64,000 nucleotides of DNA from the NCBI GenBank assembly GCA_024637305.1, contig JAGXFI010000065.1, forward strand, positions 14,195 through 78,194. Reading direction: 5' to 3'. The translations under genes and the position numbers were made by a program. Shown piece after piece: positions 56,658 through 64,000 of the stretch. A model generated the notes under the pieces. That model did not search any database, had not been told where the DNA came from, and saw nothing but the letters and a program-made list of their open reading frames with translations. Positions within the stretch are counted from its first letter, which is position 1; the number at the start of each line of letters is the position of its first letter. This stretch comes from Sulfitobacter sp. Its GTDB lineage: Bacteria > Pseudomonadota > Alphaproteobacteria > Rhodobacterales > Rhodobacteraceae.

Positions 56658-58130
56658 TTACCCTTTCTCGAACCGATCCGCGATCAGCCGGTTAAGCGCC
56701 GCCACGCCCCAGCCGGTAGCGCCCTTGGGCGCAAGCGCCGTCTCGTTCTTGACGGACGCAACCCCCGCAATATCCAGATGGATCCACGGGCAGTCATCCT
56801 TGACGAAGCGTTTCAGAAACTGAGCCGCGGTAATCGAGCCAGCCGGCCGCCCACCGATATTCTTCATATCCGCAATCCGGCTTTTCAGCAGGTCGTCATA
56901 GGCCTTGCCCAGCGGCATCCGCCAGGCGCCTTCGTTTTCCGCCTTGGCCGACTTGAGAAAAGCATCACACAAATCGTCGTCATTCGAGAAAACGCCGGCG
57001 TTCTCATGCCCCAATCCAATGATGATCGCGCCCGTCAAGGTCGCCAGATCAATCATCGCGGCAGGCTTGTAGGCCTCCTGAGCGTGCCACAGCACGTCAC
57101 ACAGCACCAGACGGCCTTCGGCATCCGTATTGATGACTTCGACGGTATCGCCTTTCATCGTCTTGATCACGTCACCGGGGCGCGTCGCATTGCCCGACAC
57201 CATGTTCTCGACGATTCCGACCAAGCCGACGACGTTGGCCTTTGCCTTGCGCCGGGCAATTGCGTGCATGACACCGACCACGACAGCGGAACCGCCCATG
57301 TCCATGGTCATGTCCTCCATTCCCGCGCCGGGTTTGAGGCTGATGCCGCCGGTGTCGAACACCACGCCCTTGCCGACCAGCGCCAGCGGCGCATCGTCCT
57401 TTTCTCCGCCACCCCAACGCATCACGACCACATAGGACGGACTGTCCGACCCTTGACCGACAGACAAAAGCGTTCTCATCCCAAGGCTTGCAAGCTTTTC
57501 TTCATCCATGACCTCTACTTTGAGGCCAAGGCTCTCCATTTCCTTGATCTGTTCGGCATAGGCGGTCGTTGTCAAAACATTCGCCGGCGCATTCGTCAGG
57601 TCGCGGGTCAAGAACGCCCCTTCGGCAACCGCCATAAGCGGCGCTGCTTTCGCCTCGATTTCGTCGGGTTTGGTACACATGACCACGATTTTGCCAGCAC
57701 GCGGGTCCGCCGCCGATTTCTGGTCGTCATAGTCGTAGTCGCGCATCACCGCGCCAAAGGCCAATTGAGCGGCGCGGGCATGCCCGCCCGCTGCGACCAG
57801 CAGATCCGCCTTTCCGCGCAGCTTGGCCAGTCCCGCCCCTGCCTTGCGCGCCGCTGCGATGTCATCCCCGCGTGACAGCCGGACAACGTCGACCGCTTCT
57901 GCTTCCATGCCCGCCGGATAGGCCAGGGTCGCCACATCGCCCGGCTTCATCTTGCCGAACCGCTCTGCCGCGACCAACCGGGCGACGGCACCCTTGGTCA
58001 GACGGCTTACCCGCCGCGCCAGCCGGTCAAGTTTGCCATCCGCGCCGACGATCACCGCCACACGGCCCTTGTGAGACGCAAACGCGTCGATATCGTTATC
58101 GGTAAATGAAATCGGAGTGAGATCGGTCAT
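56658..58130 (-). CDS. pepA: leucyl aminopeptidase (M17)
   Basis: Start trimmed to MTDLTPISF. NTDAEGRLVLCD signature, VGKGVVFDTGGISLKP and MKGDMxG-like blocks. Confidence 0.93.
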   Translation of the reverse strand: MTDLTPISFTDNDIDAFASHKGRVAVIVGADGKLDRLARRVSRLTKGAVARLVAAERFGKMKPGDVATLAYPAGMEAEAVDVVRLSRGDDIAAARKAGAGLAKLRGKADLLVAAGGHARAAQLAFGAVMRDYDYDDQKSAADPRAGKIVVMCTKPDEIEAKAAPLMAVAEGAFLTRDLTNAPANVLTTTAYAEQIKEMESLGLKVEVMDEEKLASLGMRTLLSVGQGSDSPSYVVVMRWGGGEKDDAPLALVGKGVVFDTGGISLKPGAGMEDMTMDMGGSAVVVGVMHAIARRKAKANVVGLVGIVENMVSGNATRPGDVIKTMKGDTVEVINTDAEGRLVLCDVLWHAQEAYKPAAMIDLATLTGAIIIGLGHENAGVFSNDDDLCDAFLKSAKAENEGAWRMPLGKAYDDLLKSRIADMKNIGGRPAGSITAAQFLKRFVKDDCPWIHLDIAGVASVKNETALAPKGATGWGVAALNRLIADRFEKG

Positions 58131-58264
58131 CAAGGCGGCCTTTCGTGTTACATATGACTCAGACCTAGCGCGCATGACGCGCCAGTGCCAGATAGCAGTT
58201 TGCGACACGCGCCAAATCGGCTATCACGAAACCAATCGCCGTCAGAGCAACCGGAGGACATCGC

Positions 58265-59383
58265 GTGGCAAGGTACGACCGCTACATGCTGTCGCAACTT
58301 CTGGTACTGTTCGGCTTTTTCGCGCTGATCCTCGTTGCGATCTTCTGGATCAACCGCGCCGTCGTCCTGTTCGACCGGCTGATCGGGGACGGCCAGACCG
58401 CCTTTGTTTTTCTGGAGTTTACCACGCTTGGTCTGCCCAAGCTGATCACGACCGTCCTGCCGATCGCCGCTTTCGCCGCCGCAGTCTACGTGACCAACCG
58501 CATGTCGGGCGAATCCGAGCTGACGGTTTTGCAGGCCACCGGCACCAGCCCATGGCGGCTGGCGCGTCCGGTTCTGATTTATGGCCTTTGCGTTGCGTTC
58601 ATGATGTCCGCCCTCAGTCATTTTCTCGTGCCGATGGCGGGTGCGCAGCTCAAGGAACGCGAGGCGGAGATATCGCGCAACGTCACCGCGCGCCTTTTGA
58701 CCGAAGGGACATTCCTGCATCCGACGGAGCACGTGACGTTCTACACCCGTCTGATCGACCCCGACGGCGTGCTGCTGGATGTGTTCCTGTCAGACAGGCG
58801 CAATCCGAAAGAAGGTGTAATTTACACGGCGGCGCAGGCCTATCTTGTCCGCAACGGAGAAGGTACCACGCTGATCATGGTCGACGGTCTGGCGCAGCGG
58901 CTCGAAGCGCAGGACAACCGCCTTGCAACAGCCAAGTTTCAGGATTTCTCATTTGATATCAGCGCACTGGTAAGGCGCGATGCGCAAGGTTCACAATCCA
59001 TCTCCGAGATGACAACCCCGAGGCTGCTCGCCTCCTGGACCGAGACACCCCAACCACCCGGCGAGATCGCCGAAGAATTCCACGATCGCTTTGCGCAACC
59101 GCTGTTCTGCATCGTCGCGGCGATGGTCGGCTTTGCGACACTGCTTATCGGCGGCTATTCCCGTTTTGGCATCTGGCGCGAGATACTGATCGCTTTCGGG
59201 CTGCTGATTGCCATCGACGGGCTGCGCGGCACCCTGGTGGACCAGGTCCGTCAAGATCCGGCAATGTGGCCGCTGATATACCTGCCCGCGTTGATCGGAA
59301 CGCTGCTGGTGCTGGCGATGCTGACCCACGCGGCACATCCCGGCTGGAGGGCACGGGCCCTGCGACGGAGGGCGGCGGCATGA
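58265..59383 (+). CDS. lptF: LPS export ABC transporter permease LptF
   Basis: GTG start with a GGAGGA RBS. N-terminus ARYDRYMLSQLLVLFGFF (YjgP/YjgQ family). Followed by lptG with an ATGA overlap. Confidence 0.88.
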   Translation: MARYDRYMLSQLLVLFGFFALILVAIFWINRAVVLFDRLIGDGQTAFVFLEFTTLGLPKLITTVLPIAAFAAAVYVTNRMSGESELTVLQATGTSPWRLARPVLIYGLCVAFMMSALSHFLVPMAGAQLKEREAEISRNVTARLLTEGTFLHPTEHVTFYTRLIDPDGVLLDVFLSDRRNPKEGVIYTAAQAYLVRNGEGTTLIMVDGLAQRLEAQDNRLATAKFQDFSFDISALVRRDAQGSQSISEMTTPRLLASWTETPQPPGEIAEEFHDRFAQPLFCIVAAMVGFATLLIGGYSRFGIWREILIAFGLLIAIDGLRGTLVDQVRQDPAMWPLIYLPALIGTLLVLAMLTHAAHPGWRARALRRRAAA

Positions 59384-60477
59384 TCCTGCACCGCTATTTC
59401 GCCCGGCGTTTCACAACCGGTTTCGCCCTGATTACGGCCGTTTTCGTCGCGTTGGTGATGCTGGTCGACCTGGTGGACCAGGCGCGGCGCTATTCGGGCG
59501 AAGACGTGGGTTTTTCCGAAATCCTGACATTGGCCCTGCTGAACGCGCCGCAGACGATCAATTTGATCCTGCCCCTTATCATGATCCTTGCGACCGTCGT
59601 CTTGTTCCTGTCGCTTGCCCGCAGCTCAGAGATGGTGGTGACCCGTGCTGCCGGACGCTCCGCGCTGGCGGCGCTGCTTGGTCCGGTGGTGGTTGCGCTG
59701 ATCATCGGCGGGCTTGCCGTGGCGATGTTCAACCCGATCGTGGCGGCCACGTCGAAACGTTATCAACAACTGTCCGATACCTATCGGTCAGGCGGCGTAT
59801 CTGCTTTGTCGATCAGTGACGAAGGGCTCTGGCTGCGTCAGGGCGGGGAACAGGGTCAGACGGTGATCCGCGCGTGGCGATCAAATGCCGATGCGTCGAT
59901 ACTCTATGATGTGACGTTTATTTCCTACGCACCCGGCGGCGGCCCGATCCAGCGGATCGAGGCAGATAGCGCCGCACTCGAAGGCGACGCGTGGCAGTTG
60001 AAGAACGCCAAGGCATGGCCCCTGCAGGCAGGTATCAACGCCGAAGGCAACTCCGAAACGTTCGACACGCTGGCGTTTCCATCGACGCTGACAGTCGAAC
60101 GCATACGCGAAAGCTTTGGCACACCGGCCGCGGTTTCGATCTACGAGTTGCCGCAGTTCATCCGCCAGCTTGAACAGGCGGGCTTCAGCCCGCGCCGCCA
60201 CAAGGTATGGCTGCAGTCCGAACTGGCCAGACCGCTCTTTCTGGTCGCGATGGTTCTGGTTGCGAGCGCATTCACCATGCGTCATACGAGATTTGGCGGC
60301 ACCGGTGTTGCGGTTCTGTCGGCGGTTCTATTGGGGTTCGGCTTGTATTTTATCCGCAGCTTTGCGCAAATTCTAGGCGAAAACGGGCAAATACCGATCT
60401 ATCTTGCCGCTTGGGCACCGCCAGTTGCTGCGATCCTGCTGGCGCTCGGTATCCTGTTGCACGCGGAGGACGGATAG
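59380..60477 (+). CDS. lptG: LPS export ABC transporter permease LptG
   Basis: Start trimmed to MILHRYFARRFTTGFALI. YjgP/YjgQ family with six TM segments. Confidence 0.88.
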   Translation: MILHRYFARRFTTGFALITAVFVALVMLVDLVDQARRYSGEDVGFSEILTLALLNAPQTINLILPLIMILATVVLFLSLARSSEMVVTRAAGRSALAALLGPVVVALIIGGLAVAMFNPIVAATSKRYQQLSDTYRSGGVSALSISDEGLWLRQGGEQGQTVIRAWRSNADASILYDVTFISYAPGGGPIQRIEADSAALEGDAWQLKNAKAWPLQAGINAEGNSETFDTLAFPSTLTVERIRESFGTPAAVSIYELPQFIRQLEQAGFSPRRHKVWLQSELARPLFLVAMVLVASAFTMRHTRFGGTGVAVLSAVLLGFGLYFIRSFAQILGENGQIPIYLAAWAPPVAAILLALGILLHAEDG

Positions 60478-60478
60478 C

Positions 60479-62587
60479 ATGCGCGGCTTTATCGCAGTCT
60501 TTCTGATCCTGCTCGCGATTCCGCTGCAAGCCCAGCAAGATTCCGCTGCGCTATTGGTGGCGGACCAGCTTTACATAACGCGCGAGCGGGTGCTCGTGGC
60601 TTCGGGCAATGTCGAGGCGTTTCAGGGCGAGACGCGCCTGCGCGCCGACGCCATCCGCTATGACCAGCGGTCCGGCGCGCTCAGTATCGACGGGCCGATC
60701 ACGCTGACCGACGACGAAGGCACCGTGATCCTGGCAGACGCGGCCAGTCTTGATGCAGACCTGCGCAACGGTATCCTGCGCGGCGCGCGTCTGGTCATCG
60801 CCGAGCAGTTGCAATTGGCCGCCGTCAGGATGGACCGCGTCGATGGCCGCTATAGCCAGCTCTACAAAACCGCCGTCACATCCTGCCGGGTCTGCGACGA
60901 CGGGACACCACCGCTGTGGCAGATCCGCGCAAAACGGGTCATCCATGACGAAATCGGACGCCAGCTATATTTTGACGAAGCACAGTTTCGCATCGGCAGG
61001 ATCCCTGTATTCTACCTTCCACGCCTGCGCCTGCCGGACCCGACAGTCAAGCGCGCGACAGGTTTCCTGATCCCGTCCATCCGCAGCACCTCGCAGTTGG
61101 GTGTCGGACTGAAAATTCCCTATTTCATCAAAATTGGCGAAGCCCGCGACCTCACGGTCACGCCGTATCTCTCTACATCGACCCGCACAGTCCAGCTGCG
61201 CTATCGTCAGGCATTCAGACAAGGGCAGATTCAATTCGATGCTGCATTCACCGGTGATGATCTGCGCCCGAACAAAACGCGCGGCTATGTTTTCGGTACG
61301 GGACGCTTCGACCTTCCAAGAGATTTCGTGCTTGAATTCAACGTCGAGACAACAAGCGACAACGCCTATCTCAAGGAATACGGATATTCTGACGCGGACC
61401 GCCTGAAATCGGAACTTCTCCTGAGTCGTGTGAAGCGGGATGAGTTCATCCGCGCGAGCTTTGTCAATTTCAAGACGCTGCGCGATAGCGAGGTTAACGC
61501 GACCCTGCCAACCCTCTTGCTGGACGGTGAATACGAACGCCGATTCTTCCCCCGTGCGCTTGCCGGTGAACTCCGCATGACGCTGGCCGCGCACAGCCAC
61601 CGCCGCCAGTCGGACATCGACATCGCTGGGCGCGACGTCGCCCGCCTGCACGGCGACGCGACGTATCTTGGGGGGCGGGCCTTCGGTAGCTTACGCACGG
61701 ATTGGCGGTTGGGCGCGTCCTTCAATCTCTTTGATGTGACGCAAGATTCCACAACGCCGCAAACCCAGACCGAAATCGTCCCTTTTGGCGCGCTTACCCT
61801 GCGTTATCCGTTGCTGCGCCGCGAGGCCAGTGGAGCGGCGCAGACGCTTGAGCCGATTGCGCAGATCGCCTGGACTGGCGGCGACCGGCTACCGCTTCCG
61901 AATGATGAAAGCACCCGTGTCGAATTCGATCAGGGAAATTTGCTGGCGTTGTCACGGTTTCCGCGCCCCGACCGGCGCGAACGCCACGCTGTTGCGGCCC
62001 TTGGCCTGAACTGGGCACGTATCGACCCTGATGGATGGGATGCGGCACTGAGCTTTGGCCAGGTATTCCGCGAAGACTCCGACGCCGCCTTCTCGCAAAG
62101 CTCGGGGCTTTCGGGGACCGCGTCCGATCTGCTGATCGCGGGGCAGATCGACGGGCTGTCCGGCGTGTCATTAACAGGGCGCGGGCTTTTCGAAGGAAAC
62201 ATCAATCTGTCCAAGGCCGAGCTGCGCGGTGACTGGGACTTCCGGCGCGGGCGTCTGGGGGGCAGCTATGTCTGGCTCGAAGCTGACAGCACCGAGGAGC
62301 GCGTGCAGGATGTATCGGAAGTGACACTCGACGGTGCCTTCAGGATCAACGACCACTGGACCGCCAGCGCTGATTGGCGCTATGACACGGCAGATGACCG
62401 GGCTGCGACGGCAGGCGTTGGGTTGAGCTATGAAAACGAGTGTGTCACGGTCGAGTTGAACGTCGACCGAAGGTATACTACGTCGACAAGTATTGAGCCG
62501 TCCACCAATATCGGATTTAACATCGGCCTGCGCGGGTTCTCCGCCAGCAATGGAACAGAAAGATACGTCCGCTCATGTTCAAACTGA
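60479..62587 (+). CDS. lptD: LPS-assembly outer-membrane protein LptD
   Basis: Start trimmed to MRGFIAVFLILLAIPLQAQQ (signal peptide). OstA-like N-terminus (LVADQLYITRE...GNVEA), then a large beta-barrel region. Context is lptFG-lptD-surA-pdxA. Confidence 0.9.
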   Translation: MRGFIAVFLILLAIPLQAQQDSAALLVADQLYITRERVLVASGNVEAFQGETRLRADAIRYDQRSGALSIDGPITLTDDEGTVILADAASLDADLRNGILRGARLVIAEQLQLAAVRMDRVDGRYSQLYKTAVTSCRVCDDGTPPLWQIRAKRVIHDEIGRQLYFDEAQFRIGRIPVFYLPRLRLPDPTVKRATGFLIPSIRSTSQLGVGLKIPYFIKIGEARDLTVTPYLSTSTRTVQLRYRQAFRQGQIQFDAAFTGDDLRPNKTRGYVFGTGRFDLPRDFVLEFNVETTSDNAYLKEYGYSDADRLKSELLLSRVKRDEFIRASFVNFKTLRDSEVNATLPTLLLDGEYERRFFPRALAGELRMTLAAHSHRRQSDIDIAGRDVARLHGDATYLGGRAFGSLRTDWRLGASFNLFDVTQDSTTPQTQTEIVPFGALTLRYPLLRREASGAAQTLEPIAQIAWTGGDRLPLPNDESTRVEFDQGNLLALSRFPRPDRRERHAVAALGLNWARIDPDGWDAALSFGQVFREDSDAAFSQSSGLSGTASDLLIAGQIDGLSGVSLTGRGLFEGNINLSKAELRGDWDFRRGRLGGSYVWLEADSTEERVQDVSEVTLDGAFRINDHWTASADWRYDTADDRAATAGVGLSYENECVTVELNVDRRYTTSTSIEPSTNIGFNIGLRGFSASNGTERYVRSCSN

Positions 62588-63798
62588 TCGCCCTCCCGCT
62601 CGCCGCTGCCGCCCTTACCCTGGCTGCCACTCTGCCTGTCACGGCGCAGAACCTGTTTGCGCCTGCTGCAATCGTGAATGACAGCCCGATCACGGAATTC
62701 GAGGTGCAACAGCGCCAGCGCTTTCTGCAATTGCTGAATGCGGCGCAAGGCGACCGGGAATCCATAATTGACGCCATGATCGACGAACGCTTGCGTGATG
62801 AGCTTGTGCGCGATGCGGGTCTCGAATTCAGCAGTACCGGTGTCGATCGCGCGATGGAAGATTTCGCTGGCCGTGCAAACTTGAGCCTTGAGGAATTCGT
62901 GCAAACGCTCGAACGCGCAGGCGTCGCGCGGGAAACCATGCGCGACTTCGTGCTGAGCGGTGTTATCTGGCGCGAGTATATCCGCAGCCGCTACGGAAGC
63001 CGCGTCCAGATCACAGAAGCCGAGATTGACCGCGCGCTGGCCGAACAGGGTGCCGGTGGCGGATCGAACATCCGCGTTCTGGTGTCCGAGATCATCATTC
63101 CCGCACCGCCACAGAGCGCCGCCGAGGTAAACGCGCTTGCGGTCCGGATCGCCCAGGCCACGACCGAGGCGGAATTTTCTTCCTTTGCGCGTCAGTATTC
63201 CGCCACCGCGTCGCGCGGTGCAGGCGGCCGCCTGCCCTGGACGCCGCTCAGCAATCTGCCGGCATCGCTGCAACCGGTGATCCTGTCCCTGTCACCGGGC
63301 GAGGTCAGCCAACCGTTGCCGATCCCGAACGCCGTCGCATTGTTCCAGTTGCGCGCAATCGAAGAGATGGGCGCACCGCAGCCGGAATACGCCTCCATCG
63401 AGTATGCCGCCTATTATCTGGCCGGGGGCCGATCCGAAGCGACGCTGCAACAGGCCGCTAATCTTGCTGCCGAAGTCGACGTTTGCGACGACCTTTATGC
63501 TTATGCCAAAGACCAGCCTGAAAGTGCCCTGGACCGCGAGACCAAGAAGCCGGGCGAAATTCCACAAGACATCGCCTTTGAGCTGAGCAAGCTCGACGCC
63601 GGCGAAGTGTCAACCGCCCTGACCCGATCGGACGGTCAGGCGTTGGTGTTCCTGATGCTGTGCAAACGCACTGCCGCCGGAAATGCCGATGTCAGCCGTG
63701 AGGATGTCGCGGCCAACCTGCGCCAGCAGCGTCTGGCCGGTCTGGCGGAAGCTCTGGTGGCACAACAACGCGCAGAAGCTCGCATCGTCATCAAATGA
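62575..63798 (+). CDS. surA: periplasmic chaperone/peptidyl-prolyl isomerase SurA
   Basis: Signal peptide plus SurA N-terminal domain pattern (AIVNDSPITEFEVQQR) and a parvulin-like domain. Conserved position between lptD and pdxA. Confidence 0.85.
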   Translation: MFKLIALPLAAAALTLAATLPVTAQNLFAPAAIVNDSPITEFEVQQRQRFLQLLNAAQGDRESIIDAMIDERLRDELVRDAGLEFSSTGVDRAMEDFAGRANLSLEEFVQTLERAGVARETMRDFVLSGVIWREYIRSRYGSRVQITEAEIDRALAEQGAGGGSNIRVLVSEIIIPAPPQSAAEVNALAVRIAQATTEAEFSSFARQYSATASRGAGGRLPWTPLSNLPASLQPVILSLSPGEVSQPLPIPNAVALFQLRAIEEMGAPQPEYASIEYAAYYLAGGRSEATLQQAANLAAEVDVCDDLYAYAKDQPESALDRETKKPGEIPQDIAFELSKLDAGEVSTALTRSDGQALVFLMLCKRTAAGNADVSREDVAANLRQQRLAGLAEALVAQQRAEARIVIK

Positions 63799-64000
63799 CC
63801 CGCCCCATCGTCCTGACCTGCGGGGAACCAGCAGGAATCGGGCCTGAAATAGCCGCAAGTGCCTGGGCGGCGCTGGCGGATAAGATGCCGATGGTCTGGC
63901 TTGGTGATCCGCGTCACCTGCCGCCTGCAACCCCGTTTGAAATGATCGACAAGGCCGCCGATGCAGCACTGGTATCCTCGCGTGCCCTGCCCGTTCTTAA
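63795..64000 (+). CDS. pdxA: 4-hydroxythreonine-4-phosphate dehydrogenase, 5' part (runs off the window)
   Basis: The ATG overlaps the surA stop (ATGA). Translation MTRPIVLTCGEPAGIGPEIAASAW matches the PdxA N-terminal GEPAGIGPE motif. Confidence 0.85.
   Translation, partial: MTRPIVLTCGEPAGIGPEIAASAWAALADKMPMVWLGDPRHLPPATPFEMIDKAADAALVSSRALPVL

Noticed and set aside
56778-57875. 365-aa plus-strand ORF
   Set aside because: It is antisense to pepA, whose NTDAEGRL signature is unambiguous.
1-64000. Search for CRISPR arrays, tRNA/rRNA genes, integrase or att sites, toxin-antitoxin pairs and recognisable defence systems
   Set aside because: I saw no regularly spaced direct repeats, no cloverleaf-like or rRNA-like segments, no integrase or recombinase, and no known defence-gene signatures by eye. 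tRNAscan, Infernal and defence-finder tools would be needed to exclude them formally.

Overview
This is a 64-kb window at roughly 60% GC. Gene content fits a marine Rhodobacteraceae-type alphaproteobacterium: many TRAP transporters, a VPLPA-CTERM protein and an RTX protein. That taxonomic call is inference only. Coding density is high, and the six-frame track holds many long antisense or N-terminally over-extended ORFs, as expected at this GC. I trimmed starts using RBS and overlap logic. Layout from left to right: (1) 0-5.3 kb is a lower-GC edge with a VPLPA-CTERM sorted protein, a secreted protein, an M48 peptidase remnant, an aminotransferase and an LpxL-type acyltransferase. (2) 5.8-26.4 kb is rich in CoA-thioester metabolism: two acyl-CoA ligase plus TRAP transporter modules, two crotonases, GntR and TetR regulators, and a phosphotransferase plus acyl-CoA dehydrogenase pair. 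A rhodanese gene, a kinase-CHAD pair and an MgtC/DUF4010 gene interrupt it. (3) 26.5-36.8 kb is one uninterrupted run of 13 minus-strand genes. It includes two different sulfotransferases, a 4CL-like CoA ligase, a CoA-transferase, GNAT, GFA, cupin, a SAM methyltransferase, two NTF2/SnoaL-like proteins and three uncharacterised membrane proteins. An OmpR-type/TPR regulator and a large RTX protein lie next to it. (4) 41-42.5 kb holds decayed gene remnants (PhaC N-terminus, MocR-like C-terminus). (5) 42.5-46.1 kb is a TetR-controlled four-gene operon with two tandem paralogs of an uncharacterised family, plus DUF1772 and LysE. (6) 46.4-49.5 kb is a DevBCA-type exporter. (7) 51.1-52.5 kb is a ~50% GC, 1.35-kb segment bracketed by perfect 27-bp inverted repeats and carrying a zinc-ribbon ORF; it is probably a decayed IS-like element. 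(8) 52.5-64 kb is housekeeping: ndk, an ABC-F ATPase, marC, holC, pepA, lptF, lptG, lptD, surA and pdxA. I saw no rRNA, tRNA or CRISPR array. All family names come from motif recognition by eye and none were checked against databases. The two items most worth follow-up are the sulfotransferase-containing tailoring-type cluster and the IR-bounded insert. I found no recognisable defence system or other clearly novel system.
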